DNA of 20,000 nucleotides from an uncultured virus (IMG/VR IMGVR_UViG_3300036846_001501) (IMGVR_UViG_3300036846_001501), one strand, 5' to 3'. Shown: positions 1 to 8,768, counted from the stretch's first letter. A program made the numbers and translations. Notes: generated by a model not told the origin, from the sequence alone.

Positions 1-1663
1 GGGCCATCGCCACCTCCTCGGCCTCGAGTCGCTTGAGCATCGCCCGGTCGTCATCGAGGCGCCCCTTGCGGACCCTGATCTCGCCGCCGAGCCGGGCCCG
101 TTCCTGGAGCCGGGCATCCACGGCCGCAAGCCCTTGCTGCGCCCGGGCGTGGCGGGCTCGTGGTACCAGGTTCTCGCGGCGGCGCGCGGCCGCCTGCTCG
201 CAGCGGACCACCGTGGCCTCCCACTGCCCGGTGAGGTGATTGACCCCGCTCGAGAGCCGCGCCGCCGTCTGCCGTGCCGTGGCGAGTGCCGCCTCCAGCG
301 CAGCGAGCTGGTTGACCTCGCCCTCGAGTGCCGTGCGGTCCTCAGCCGGAGCCGCCGGTTCCTCGGCCAACCGGTCGAGGTCCGCCTGGAGCTGGTCCAG
401 CCGCTCCCGGAAGCCGGCCCGCCAGGTCTTCCAGACCTTGAGCCGCTGCTCGTAGGTCTCGGCCGCCCGGAACCGGCCGTCCAGGCGAGCGATCTCGGCG
501 TCCAGGAAGACCAGCTCGGCCTGGCTCTCCGCGAGCGCCGTCGTCAGGTGCTCGGCCGGTGTGCCACAGGTCGGGCAGGCACTCTTGCCCCCGGCCATGG
601 CCGTCGTGAACCGCCGGTGCCACTCGGCGTCGGCCCGGCACTCGGCCAGGTGCTTGCGCGCCGCCTCGTCGGTCGGGGCGTATTCGGGCGGCGCCTCCGG
701 CTTGGGGTGGAGGTTCTGCTCGGCCGCGAGCGCGTCGCGGCGACCATCCAGGGCGGCCCGCGCCTTGGCGGCCCGCTCGAAGGTCTTCCACAGGGCGAGG
801 ACCGTCTTGGCCTCGTCTGCGCGGGTCAGGGCGCCCGGCCGGGTCGCCTCGAGTGCCGCCAGGGCCTCCTCGCCCTGTTTCAGCGTCGTCCGCTCGGCCG
901 TGATGCGCTCGGCCAGGCGGTACAGCTCGGCCCGGCCGTTCTGCTCGTCTTGCCGCGCCTGGAGCCAGGCATGCCGCGCCTGAACCAGCCGGTAATTGGG
1001 GTCGGCCTCACGGACATACTCCCGCAGGTCATCATACGACTTCTGCTCGGTGATGAGGGCGGCCAGGCCGATCCCATCGTCCTCGATCCTGATCCGGAGC
1101 CGATCCAGCTCGCCCGAGCGCTGGGGGATCTCGATCACCGCCATGCGGCGGCCCACGAGCGACCAGATCTCCTCGGCGTCGCGGGTCCGAAAGAGCTGGG
1201 CGAAGACCTTCGCCCGCTCCGTGTCCGTCGCGTCCAGGATGCCGGTGATGGCCTCCTGGCGGACGAAGATGTACTCGCCCAGGAGCGGGGCCACGGGGCC
1301 CAGCAGCTCGGAGAGCGCCTGGCCCACCTTGCGCTCGTCGAGGATCGGCTCGCCGCCGTCGACCCGCAGCTCGGTGCGGGCCTTGTTCAGGCCCCGGATG
1401 ATCTCGATCTGGTGGGCCCCGAGATCGAATCGGCCGACCAGCCGCGACCGGTCATTGGGACCGGCCGTGCGTGAGATGTGATCATCCTTCTTGCCATTCA
1501 TCGCCGCGCTCCCGAGAAGGAGGATCTGGATGGCATCAAGGATCGTGCTCTTGCCCGAGCCATTCGGGCCCTCGATCAGGTTCATGTGGGGGCTGGGCGT
1601 GAATTCCAGGCTGCGATGGCAGCCGAAATTCTCCAGCTTGACGTACCGGGTTGCCAGTCTCAC
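1..1663 (-). CDS. sbcC: Rad50/SbcC (gp46-like) SMC-family ATPase, 3' part outside the window
   Basis: Not in the ORF track because it runs off the edge. Manual translation from GTG at 1663: MRLATRYVKLENFGCHRSLEFTPSPHMNLIEGPNGSGKSTILDAI (LENF motif, Walker A GPNGSGKS). An Ala/Glu/Arg-rich coiled coil follows, with an in-frame zinc hook CPTC at 577-566. The start overlaps the upstream stop (GTGA). Confidence 0.9.
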   Translation of the reverse strand, partial: MRLATRYVKLENFGCHRSLEFTPSPHMNLIEGPNGSGKSTILDAIQILLLGSAAMNGKKDDHISRTAGPNDRSRLVGRFDLGAHQIEIIRGLNKARTELRVDGGEPILDERKVGQALSELLGPVAPLLGEYIFVRQEAITGILDATDTERAKVFAQLFRTRDAEEIWSLVGRRMAVIEIPQRSGELDRLRIRIEDDGIGLAALITEQKSYDDLREYVREADPNYRLVQARHAWLQARQDEQNGRAELYRLAERITAERTTLKQGEEALAALEATRPGALTRADEAKTVLALWKTFERAAKARAALDGRRDALAAEQNLHPKPEAPPEYAPTDEAARKHLAECRADAEWHRRFTTAMAGGKSACPTCGTPAEHLTTALAESQAELVFLDAEIARLDGRFRAAETYEQRLKVWKTWRAGFRERLDQLQADLDRLAEEPAAPAEDRTALEGEVNQLAALEAALATARQTAARLSSGVNHLTGQWEATVVRCEQAAARRRENLVPRARHARAQQGLAAVDARLQERARLGGEIRVRKGRLDDDRAMLKRLEAEEVAMA

Positions 1664-2736
1664 GGCTCGATTGTCCTCTCATCGCTGTCGGGAAGGAACT
1701 CCAGGGGTCTCTGTTGCCGGCGGCCCCGCCCCTGCGGGCGCCGCAGCAGCTCATCAAGCGAAGGCAATTGATCGCGCACCAGTTGCGCGAGCTTGCGGTC
1801 GGGAAAAAGTCCCAGGAAGCCGTCGCGGGCCGCCCGGAGTTGTTCGAGCACGGCAAGGCCGACGCGCATCGCGGCGGCATGCCGGAGACGATCGACCAGC
1901 TCCTGCGGGCGGAGCGCGAAGTGATGCCCGTGCTGCTGCTCGAAGGCACGGAAGACCGCCGCGGGCAGCGGGATCTCCCACCCGCCCAGCCAGGTCGGCG
2001 GCGACGTGCCCGCCGGCAGACGATCGCCGCAGCAGGCGCAGGCGCCCGTCGCGGCCGTGAACCAGCCGCCGCAATGGAAGCAATTGCGGACCACGTTGGG
2101 CTGGCGCCACTCGCGGTATAGCTCGGCCACCTCCGCGGGGGAGCTGACTACGTGGCCGATCTCGCGGCCCAGGTCCGGCATTGCCGACGTGGCGTCGGCA
2201 TGGCCCGTGAATTCCTTGAGCGGCCGCTTGAGACCGGCGACCACGACCTTCCCGCCCATGGGATCCTCGTCGAGGCGGGAGAGTTGCGTCAGGCAGAACA
2301 GGACCACGTCGCGCCGCAGGTCGGGCCCCAGGAGCGCATCGGGCCAGTTCCGGGCGGCGAACGCCTCGGACCAGGCCGAGTAATCAAGCAGGAACGGCTT
2401 GAAGCCCGGATTGAACTTCGGGTTCAGCCAGACCGTGCCCGTGGCGGCGTCGAGATAGAGCTTTGAGCCCCGCCCGGGCACGAGGATCGGCGGCAGCGTG
2501 ATCAGGTAACGGCTCTTGCCCGGATGATCGAAGTAGACATCCCGCACCTTGGGCTCGGTGAAGTGCGGCAGGAGCGGACGGAACGCTGCGAACGCAACCC
2601 GGTGGGCGCCGTCGGCAATCCGGTCGAGCGCCGCTCGATAGTCGTCGCGTCCGATCGCGAGCGTCCCCGGGAGCAGCTCCGAGGCCGTGTCGGGCCACCG
2701 CAGGGTCTGGCGGGCGACTGAGTTATCCGAAGTCAC
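1660..2736 (-). CDS. Hypothetical protein with Zn-ribbon motif (CFHC...CACC), between sbcD and sbcC
   Basis: 358-aa ORF with protein-like composition and GGAG before its GTG start. Overlaps sbcD by 14 bp and sbcC by 4 bp. Confidence 0.8.
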   Translation of the reverse strand: MTSDNSVARQTLRWPDTASELLPGTLAIGRDDYRAALDRIADGAHRVAFAAFRPLLPHFTEPKVRDVYFDHPGKSRYLITLPPILVPGRGSKLYLDAATGTVWLNPKFNPGFKPFLLDYSAWSEAFAARNWPDALLGPDLRRDVVLFCLTQLSRLDEDPMGGKVVVAGLKRPLKEFTGHADATSAMPDLGREIGHVVSSPAEVAELYREWRQPNVVRNCFHCGGWFTAATGACACCGDRLPAGTSPPTWLGGWEIPLPAAVFRAFEQQHGHHFALRPQELVDRLRHAAAMRVGLAVLEQLRAARDGFLGLFPDRKLAQLVRDQLPSLDELLRRPQGRGRRQQRPLEFLPDSDERTIEP

Positions 2737-3832
2737 CGATCAGCTCCTCGAGGGCAGCAATGCGGTCGGGTGCCTTGTAGAGCCGCACCGAGTCGTCCCG
2801 GAGCCGCCCGGCCGGGACCATCTGCTCCATCGCGGCCAGCATACCGCCGGCGGCCACCGCCGCCAGCATCGCTGCTTCCGCCGGATCGTCGGCCAGCTCC
2901 TCGTGGACCGGTTTCGGGAAGAAGTGGAACCGGCCCTCGCAGGCCGCGAGTAGCCGTGTGTAGGCGCCGGGTAGGTCCTCGGGATAGGTCACCTGCAAGA
3001 GTCCCCGCAGGAGCGGTTCCGGGAGTTCCCACTTGCGGGCGTGGTCGGCCGCCAGGTCCGCCAGCTCGGAAAGCCCCCGGGCGATCAGGTCTTCGAGGTC
3101 GTCCGGCGTGCTGATCACCAGCCGATCGCAGAACCGACCCGGAAGCGGTACCCGCTCGGGCGCGCCCAGGTCGTCGCCGAAGACGAGGATCGATTTCGAC
3201 TCGGGCTCATCAATCGATTGCATGCAGAGCGAACCTGTGCTGTAAGCCCAGAGCCGACTCCCGTCGGGACGGATCAACTCGGTCCGCTGCTCGTAGTGGT
3301 AGTCGCCGAACAGGGCGGCGTGGACGTGGGGCAGGTCGACGAGCCGCAGCTCGCACTCCACGTGCCGCCCGCTTCCCATGTGCTCCTCACAGGTCTGGTG
3401 GCCGAGGATGATGTCCGCAGCCGTGGGGACGCCCGCGATCAGGTCGGGGATCCGCGCCGCCGGCTGCCAGTCGCGGCCGTAGATGCCGTAGGGGCCGACC
3501 TCGACCGTGCGGCCGTCGATCGAGACCGGATGGTCGTGGAGCGACTCGATCGCCGTGACCTTGCGGTCCAGCTCATGCTGGCCCTGGATGTAGTACACGT
3601 TGCGTCCGGCCCGCTCGAAGTGGTCGAACTCGTGCCGGAGGAACTTCCGGTCGGCGTTGGAGGGCGCCAGCACGTCGAAGACGTCGCCCCCCAGGAGCAG
3701 ATCAACGCCGCGGGCCAGGCAGATCTGGCGGACCGCGGCGAAGGCGTGATGACTGTCCCCATCGATGCCCGAACGGGTCCATGCCGAGGGGGCGATGTGG
3801 CAATCACAGGCAAGGGCAAAATGACCATTCAC
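2723..3832 (-). CDS. sbcD: Mre11/SbcD (gp47-like) metallophosphoesterase nuclease
   Basis: Calcineurin-like motifs in the expected order: DCH, GGDVFD, GQH (normally GNH), LGH, GDYH, then TGS. Lies near sbcC. Confidence 0.85.
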   Translation of the reverse strand: MNGHFALACDCHIAPSAWTRSGIDGDSHHAFAAVRQICLARGVDLLLGGDVFDVLAPSNADRKFLRHEFDHFERAGRNVYYIQGQHELDRKVTAIESLHDHPVSIDGRTVEVGPYGIYGRDWQPAARIPDLIAGVPTAADIILGHQTCEEHMGSGRHVECELRLVDLPHVHAALFGDYHYEQRTELIRPDGSRLWAYSTGSLCMQSIDEPESKSILVFGDDLGAPERVPLPGRFCDRLVISTPDDLEDLIARGLSELADLAADHARKWELPEPLLRGLLQVTYPEDLPGAYTRLLAACEGRFHFFPKPVHEELADDPAEAAMLAAVAAGGMLAAMEQMVPAGRLRDDSVRLYKAPDRIAALEELIGDFG

Positions 3833-4167
3833 GGTGAGTTCTCCGCAGGTCCGGGACCGGGCCCCGGCGGCGACAGGAATACGCCGCTGATCGCAGCGAT
3901 CACAGCCTGCTTGAGGAAGTTCTTGCCCTGGCGGCGCTCGCGCCGCCAGATCTCGGTGCTGCGCGGATCCAGGACCGCCCGCTCAAAGGCGATCTCGGCG
4001 TCGTGGAGCCTGCGGGCGGTGCCGATTGCCCCCAGCCGGTCGACATCCCCGCCCAGGGCGGGACTCGAGAGGAGCTGGGCCGCGATCGCCAGGATCGGAG
4101 CGTCGACGGGGTACGCCGCATCGTAGAGCCGCTCGAACGCGGCCGTACTTGATGCTGTGGTTGACAT
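3829..4167 (-). CDS. Hypothetical protein (112 aa)
   Basis: GGAGG SD before ATG at 4167 (MSTTASSTAAFERLY...). Its stop overlaps the sbcD start (GTGA). Confidence 0.7.
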   Translation of the reverse strand: MSTTASSTAAFERLYDAAYPVDAPILAIAAQLLSSPALGGDVDRLGAIGTARRLHDAEIAFERAVLDPRSTEIWRRERRQGKNFLKQAVIAAISGVFLSPPGPGPGPAENSP

Positions 4168-4251
4168 GGCTGCCTCCAGGATGGTTACAGTAGGCGCTCG
4201 CTCCGGCCAGGGGCATCGGAGCGGGCGAACAGTGATTGGCCGGGTAGGAGG

Positions 4252-4260
4252 ACAGGGATG
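4252..4260 (+). promoter_or_regulatory. Putative CsrA-binding site overlapping the csrA start codon
   Basis: ACAGGGATG matches the core ACARGGAUG of the CsrA SELEX consensus. More GGA motifs lie in the SD just upstream. Confidence 0.5.
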
Positions 4261-4533
4261 CTGGTACTCACACGGGAGACGGACGAGATCCTGCACATCG
4301 GTCCCGATATCGTCGTGCGGATCGTCCGTATCGACGGACACAGGGTGCGCCTCGGGATCGAGGCGCCGGACGAAATCTGCATCCTCCGCGGCGAGCTGGT
4401 CAGGGCCGGCGCGACCCTGACACGGCTCCGGCCTGGCGCACGAGTACGTCCGCGGAGCGAAGCCGGCGATAGTGATGCCGCACCGCGGCCTCCGAGACCG
4501 CCGGGATCGCCCGGATCGAGTGGTACAGGCTGA
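4258..4533 (+). CDS. csrA: CsrA/RsmA family translational regulator
   Basis: MLVLTRETDEILHIGPDIVVRIVRIDGHRVRLGIEAPDEICILRGEL matches the CsrA pattern MLVLTR...I.IG..I...V.LGI.AP....I.R.E. SD AGGAGG upstream. Confidence 0.93.
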   Translation: MLVLTRETDEILHIGPDIVVRIVRIDGHRVRLGIEAPDEICILRGELVRAGATLTRLRPGARVRPRSEAGDSDAAPRPPRPPGSPGSSGTG

Positions 4534-5236
4534 AATCGGAGCGGAGGATCCATGGCTGCGGTGCCCCCGTCATGGTGTCCGGGTGGTTGGCGTAGAGGGG
4601 GGCGACGGGCGCATCCATCGTTCCCCAGATCTTCACGTGATGGCCCAGCGCCTGGGCCATCCAGCTAATATAAACGTCCGGCCAGAGCGTCCATTGCTCG
4701 TAGTTGGGCGGGACCAGAAGCCCGCGGCTCGCGAGATCGAGCACCAGGTAGCGGGAGAGCCAGGTGGCCGAATAGAACACGCCCTCGGCGACCGGTATGA
4801 AGTTGACTGCCTCCGGAACCCACTCGCCGAATTGCTTCTTCCAGTCCGGCCAGTCGTTGGAGTAGTCGATGCGGTCACCCACGCCCAGGAGGTCGACGGC
4901 GTAGCGGTCCATCAGCCCACACGCCCAGTCGTCGAAACCACGGCCGATCGGCAGCACGTCGTCGTCGAGGCAGAGGACCACCTCGAACTCCAGCCCGGCG
5001 GCGATCGCGTGCACGATCCCCTCGTTGTTCTTGAAGCCCGAGAACTCCTTCCGGGACTCGATCGCCGAGCGGATCACGGTCACGTCAGGGCCGGCCACCT
5101 CGATGTTGCCGACGTCGTCGATCAGGATCAGATGGAACGGCCGCACACAACCCCAGCGGAGCCCATCCAGGAGATCGGCGGCGATGTCGTGGCCGCGGTT
5201 GATGGCACAGACGATCAACGTATCGACACTGTCCAT
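4400..5236 (-). CDS. Putative GT-A fold glycosyltransferase
   Basis: N-terminal TLIVCAINR...LILIDD, then NEGI..A and a DxD-like LCLDDDVL, later WPDVYIS. SD GGAGG. Confidence 0.6.
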   Translation of the reverse strand: MDSVDTLIVCAINRGHDIAADLLDGLRWGCVRPFHLILIDDVGNIEVAGPDVTVIRSAIESRKEFSGFKNNEGIVHAIAAGLEFEVVLCLDDDVLPIGRGFDDWACGLMDRYAVDLLGVGDRIDYSNDWPDWKKQFGEWVPEAVNFIPVAEGVFYSATWLSRYLVLDLASRGLLVPPNYEQWTLWPDVYISWMAQALGHHVKIWGTMDAPVAPLYANHPDTMTGAPQPWILRSDFSLYHSIRAIPAVSEAAVRHHYRRLRSADVLVRQAGAVSGSRRP

Positions 5237-5245
5237 CGCAGCCTC

Positions 5246-6106
5246 CTACATGATCGCCCGGAGTGCCTCCGGGATCGGCTCCAGGCTATCCAGCGGCTGG
5301 CCCGTGTCAATGTTGGTGGACCAGTAGCGGTCCAGCTCCTCGTTCGAGGCCCGGTTCTGCCATCCCCGGCCGGCCTCGAGGTCGGCGGGATTCCAGGGCC
5401 GCCGCCGCGCCGAGGCGATCCGCTCGACGGCAACCATGCGGTCGACCTTGTGGAGATGGACCAGGATCAGGCCGTCGGGCGGCGCGGGTGTCAAAACCCT
5501 CCCGGTCGCACCTCCGTAAATCCACACCTGGTGGAACCCGGGGCCCCATTCCAGGGGCACCCGCGTGAGGAGCGTCTTGGAATAGATTGCCGACTGGTAC
5601 CAGTAGCCGCGCTGCGCGAGCGGCCGCCTGCTGCGGTCCAGGGGCTTCTCCCCTGGTTGCTGGACGACCTCGTAGCCGACGGCGCCGATCGAATCGAGTT
5701 CCTCGACCTCGGGGTTATACGCAAGGTAGTGCGCCAGGTGCCCCCACGGGAGCGACCGCCGGGGATCCGGCAGCACGAGTTCGTCGACCTCGCTGAAGAG
5801 TACCCACTCGTAACTCCGGAGCAGGAACCGGCAGAAGTCGGCGACCGTGCCCCGGAGCCAGTCATGGTCGAAGGCAACCGCGCGGTGTACCGGCACGACA
5901 CGGACAAAGCTGTCTTCGAGCGCGCGAATCTCCTCGGGGGCCCAGCCCCGGACCTCGGTGTGGTGGAGAACATAAACGTCCTCCGGGCACATCCCGGTCT
6001 GCCCCGTGTAATGGGCGACCCAGCGGGGGAGAAAATAGGGTTCGTCCTGGGCGATCGTGAAGCACGCCAGGTGGCGCTTCCGGCTATCATGGCGGTTCCG
6101 TTTCAT
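5246..6106 (-). CDS. Putative glycosyltransferase (GT2-like, Glyco_tranf_2_4/GT92-like)
   Basis: From ATG 6106: LACFTIAQDEPYFLPRWVAHY, YEWVLFSEVDELV, YSKTL, WGPGFH, LVHLH. SD GAGG. The longer ORF to 6760 is the antisense shadow of the sulfotransferase gene. Confidence 0.75.
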   Translation of the reverse strand: MKRNRHDSRKRHLACFTIAQDEPYFLPRWVAHYTGQTGMCPEDVYVLHHTEVRGWAPEEIRALEDSFVRVVPVHRAVAFDHDWLRGTVADFCRFLLRSYEWVLFSEVDELVLPDPRRSLPWGHLAHYLAYNPEVEELDSIGAVGYEVVQQPGEKPLDRSRRPLAQRGYWYQSAIYSKTLLTRVPLEWGPGFHQVWIYGGATGRVLTPAPPDGLILVHLHKVDRMVAVERIASARRRPWNPADLEAGRGWQNRASNEELDRYWSTNIDTGQPLDSLEPIPEALRAIM

Positions 6107-6118
6107 GGAGACCTCATC

Positions 6119-6820
6119 ATGGTCGTGGTAGTCCTGTGCGTGCCCCGGTGTGGTTCCAGCATGACGGCTGGACTCCTCCACCATTTGGGCATCTCGATGG
6201 GCATCAGCCTGCTGCCGGCCGACCGCTGGAACCAGCGCGGCTACTACGAGGACCGGCAGTTCCTCGGCCTGCACCGGATCATGGCATTCCCGATCGGAGA
6301 TGCCAAACGGATTCGCCTGAACCTCCCGGCGGAACACCCGGATCCAGCACCCCCGGTGCTCGCGCGCTACGAGCGGGCGATCCGCAATCGCGAGGACCAG
6401 CGGATCGACTGGGGGATCAAGGATCCCTGGCTGACCTTCTGCTTCGACGTGTTCCGCCAGATCTGCCGGGACGAGATCCGCGCCGTGGTGCCCCGCCGCG
6501 ATCCGGCCGAGTCGGTCGCCAGCCTGCGGATGATGTTCAACCTGGCGCCGTCCGCCGCCGCCACCGTCATGCACTACTTCGAGCAGCAGCGGAATGCGGT
6601 GCTCGCACGGTTCGAGGGGCCGGTGCTCGAGGTCGAGTACGCCGATGCACTTGCCGCCCCGGGGAATACGGTGGCCGCGCTGGCCGACTTCGTGGGCCAC
6701 AAACCGAACGCCGCGGCGCTGCGGCAGATCGATCCCAACCTCTATCACCAGCGGTTCCACGACGAGCCGGCCGAGAACGGGCGCTGGGACGGGGACGAGG
6801 CAGCGTTCAATTATCGGTAA
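6119..6820 (+). CDS. Sulfotransferase-family (P-loop) protein
   Basis: MVVVVLCVPRCGSSMTAGLL (5'-PSB-like PRxGSS), NQRGYYED, WGIKDP, RDPAESVASL (3'-PB-like), VEYAD. SD GGAG at 6107-6110. Confidence 0.8.
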   Translation: MVVVVLCVPRCGSSMTAGLLHHLGISMGISLLPADRWNQRGYYEDRQFLGLHRIMAFPIGDAKRIRLNLPAEHPDPAPPVLARYERAIRNREDQRIDWGIKDPWLTFCFDVFRQICRDEIRAVVPRRDPAESVASLRMMFNLAPSAAATVMHYFEQQRNAVLARFEGPVLEVEYADALAAPGNTVAALADFVGHKPNAAALRQIDPNLYHQRFHDEPAENGRWDGDEAAFNYR

Positions 6821-7079
6821 TTGCGGTCGGCTCCACCGCGCTCGCCTCGCCCCGCGAGAACAGGCTCCGGGAACCGGGACCGGAGGCGCGGCGACTCATT
6901 TGAAGATTCCGCCCGTTGCACCTGTCACAAAGCCGGTTACCGGCCGACTTACTCGTGAAGTCCCGTTCACAGCCGAGGCACCGCCGGCGACTGGTGCCGA
7001 GACGCACGGCCGACGGCCGCGCCGGGGGGCCCCGGCGCGGCGCGTGATTGTCATCCATCGGCGGTTCCGCGGTGGCCAT
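6807..7079 (-). CDS. Small C4 zinc-finger protein
   Basis: RRCLGCERDFTSKSAGNRLCDRC (CxxC-x13-CxxC). Start may be the second Met (MDDNH). Confidence 0.65.
   Translation of the reverse strand: MATAEPPMDDNHAPRRGPPARPSAVRLGTSRRRCLGCERDFTSKSAGNRLCDRCNGRNLQMSRRASGPGSRSLFSRGEASAVEPTAITDN
6808..6823. promoter_or_regulatory. Palindromic motif copy 1 (CAATTA-TCGG-TAATTG)
   Basis: AT-rich inverted repeat at a convergent gene junction. Same core as 11345 and 18311. Confidence 0.6.
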
Positions 7080-7608
7080 CCGTGGCCTCCAGGATCGTCA
7101 AGGGCGCCAGGTCCGGGATGTCCGGACCGAGGCCCTGTTCCAGCTCCTTGATCACCGTGTCGAGCTGATACGCCTTGTACCGGGCTTCGCGGAGCCGGTC
7201 AAGCACAGGCCGGACCTTGGCCCGCTCGACCGTCCGTTCGCCCACGTACCCGTCGGTCGGATACTCGACCGGTTTGTCCATCCCGGGCCGCCAGGAACGG
7301 CCCCCGGGCCGCAGTGCGATGCCGCTCTCCGCGTCCCAGAAGTAGTCGTAGGCAATGTTCTCGTCGAAGCAGAACAGCATGACGTCGGTGAACTCGTCGC
7401 CGCACGACTCGGGATCCTGAAGTTCCAGCCATCCCTGCTGGTCGGACTCGGCCAGGAGCTTCTCGGTAGCCTTATCAAGGTCGCCCTCGGCGACGGCAAA
7501 GTCGCCGAACTCGTGGTTGCATTCTTCCAGCGCGCCGCAAAGCGCGCTGGTCACGCCGCGGCGGATCGGGCCACCGATCCGGAGCGTTACACAGAAGCGG
7601 TCGGACAC
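7051..7608 (-). CDS. Hypothetical acidic protein (185 aa)
   Basis: GGAGGA SD before GTG at 7608 (MSDRFCVTLRIGG...). Overlaps both neighbours. Confidence 0.7.
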   Translation of the reverse strand: MSDRFCVTLRIGGPIRRGVTSALCGALEECNHEFGDFAVAEGDLDKATEKLLAESDQQGWLELQDPESCGDEFTDVMLFCFDENIAYDYFWDAESGIALRPGGRSWRPGMDKPVEYPTDGYVGERTVERAKVRPVLDRLREARYKAYQLDTVIKELEQGLGPDIPDLAPLTILEATDGHRGTADG

Positions 7609-8678
7609 AGCGAATCCTCCTCGACCCGGACCTCGACCACCTGCTCGGCAATGCCGAACTTGAGGCGATAGGTCCCGGTGAGCTGATCGATCGGCGGATG
7701 GGCCGCCACGAGGCACCCCTCCGGATCGGTGGCGTGGAGCACCAGGTAGACACCAGTGCGGCCCGGCGTCCCGTTGACCAGGTAGAGGTAGACCGTGTGG
7801 CCCCCCTCGATGTCCCGCCGCCAGCAGTCGAGCTGGCCGTCGGGGCCGATGCCCTCGACCATCGTGTTCGGGCGGCCGACCAGGTCACCGTAGCGGCGGC
7901 CGACCTCGGCCGGGAGCGTGATCACGAGCGGCGGCCCGAAGGGCAAGGGCGCGGACCCCGAGCCCGTCGCCGGCGCCGGCGCCGCCGACTGGGGATCGTC
8001 CTTGAGCACCTTGCATCGCTTCCGCGAGATGTTCGACCAGGGCTCGCCCTGCTCGTCCTCGAGCGAAATCACGTCGCCATCCTCGGCCGTGACCTTGCCG
8101 ATCACGGTCCGCTTGTCGGCGCGGTAGCGGACCCAACGGCCCAGCCAGGCCGCCCGCGACCCCTGCTTCCTGCCTCGCTTCTTCTTCGATGGCGGGGCCT
8201 CCTCAGTAGATATGTCCGCCTGGGGGTCGGCGTGTGCAGCAATTCCGGGATTTGCTCCAGATTCCGGGAGGGCCCCGTTCATGGGCAGGCGCATCTGGCC
8301 CGGCAGGTCGTCATTGGACGGATCCTCGGGCCGTTCCAGGATGCGGCGGAAGAAACCCCCGACGTCGACCGGGGCACCGCCGTCGACCTCCTCGACATGA
8401 GCCAGGAGGAGCACCTCCACATCCTGGTCCTCAAGTCCGTAGTTCGCCGCGAAGCCATTGGCCACGCCCATCTCGGGGATGGATCTGTCCATGGCCGTGA
8501 GACCGATCTCGTCGACGTAGACGGCGAACCCGGCAGCCAGCACCCGTCGCAAATGGAGATACTTCACCAGGCATTCGATCCGTGCGGCCGGATCCGCCGG
8601 GCCGCCGCCGGCGTCGCAGAGGCGATCGAGCGCGGCCGCGGGGGTGATCACCGGGGCTGTCGTCTTCTTGCGAGGCAT
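7587..8678 (-). CDS. Hypothetical multidomain protein (basic KKKRGRK patch, possible SH3-like segment)
   Basis: GGGAG SD before ATG 8678 (MPRKKTT...). Protein-like composition. Confidence 0.75.
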   Translation of the reverse strand: MPRKKTTAPVITPAAALDRLCDAGGGPADPAARIECLVKYLHLRRVLAAGFAVYVDEIGLTAMDRSIPEMGVANGFAANYGLEDQDVEVLLLAHVEEVDGGAPVDVGGFFRRILERPEDPSNDDLPGQMRLPMNGALPESGANPGIAAHADPQADISTEEAPPSKKKRGRKQGSRAAWLGRWVRYRADKRTVIGKVTAEDGDVISLEDEQGEPWSNISRKRCKVLKDDPQSAAPAPATGSGSAPLPFGPPLVITLPAEVGRRYGDLVGRPNTMVEGIGPDGQLDCWRRDIEGGHTVYLYLVNGTPGRTGVYLVLHATDPEGCLVAAHPPIDQLTGTYRLKFGIAEQVVEVRVEEDSLCPTASV

Positions 8679-8768
8679 GAAAAGGCTCCCTTGCTCAGAC
8701 GACCTCGAGCTTTCTGCGTGCCTGGCACCAGATCTCGAGGTCGAGTTCAGCCGGCGTCCTGCCATCCC

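Noticed and set aside
134..1474. 446-aa plus-strand ORF
   Set aside because: Antisense shadow of sbcC in high-GC DNA; the minus frame has Walker A and a zinc hook.
3041..4126. 361-aa plus-strand ORF
   Set aside because: Antisense to sbcD; no motifs.
4161..4191. TTGACA...TACAGT as the csrA promoter
   Set aside because: The spacer is 19 bp and TTGACA is simply the reverse of the neighbouring ATGTCAA start; too weak to call.
4472..6118. N-terminal part of the 782-aa ORF, suggesting a large sulfotransferase fusion
   Set aside because: Antisense to two GT genes; the sulfotransferase motif begins right after ATG 6119, which has its own SD.
6107..6760. N-terminal extension of the 504-aa GT ORF
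   Set aside because: Antisense shadow of the sulfotransferase; the GT domain starts just after ATG 6106.
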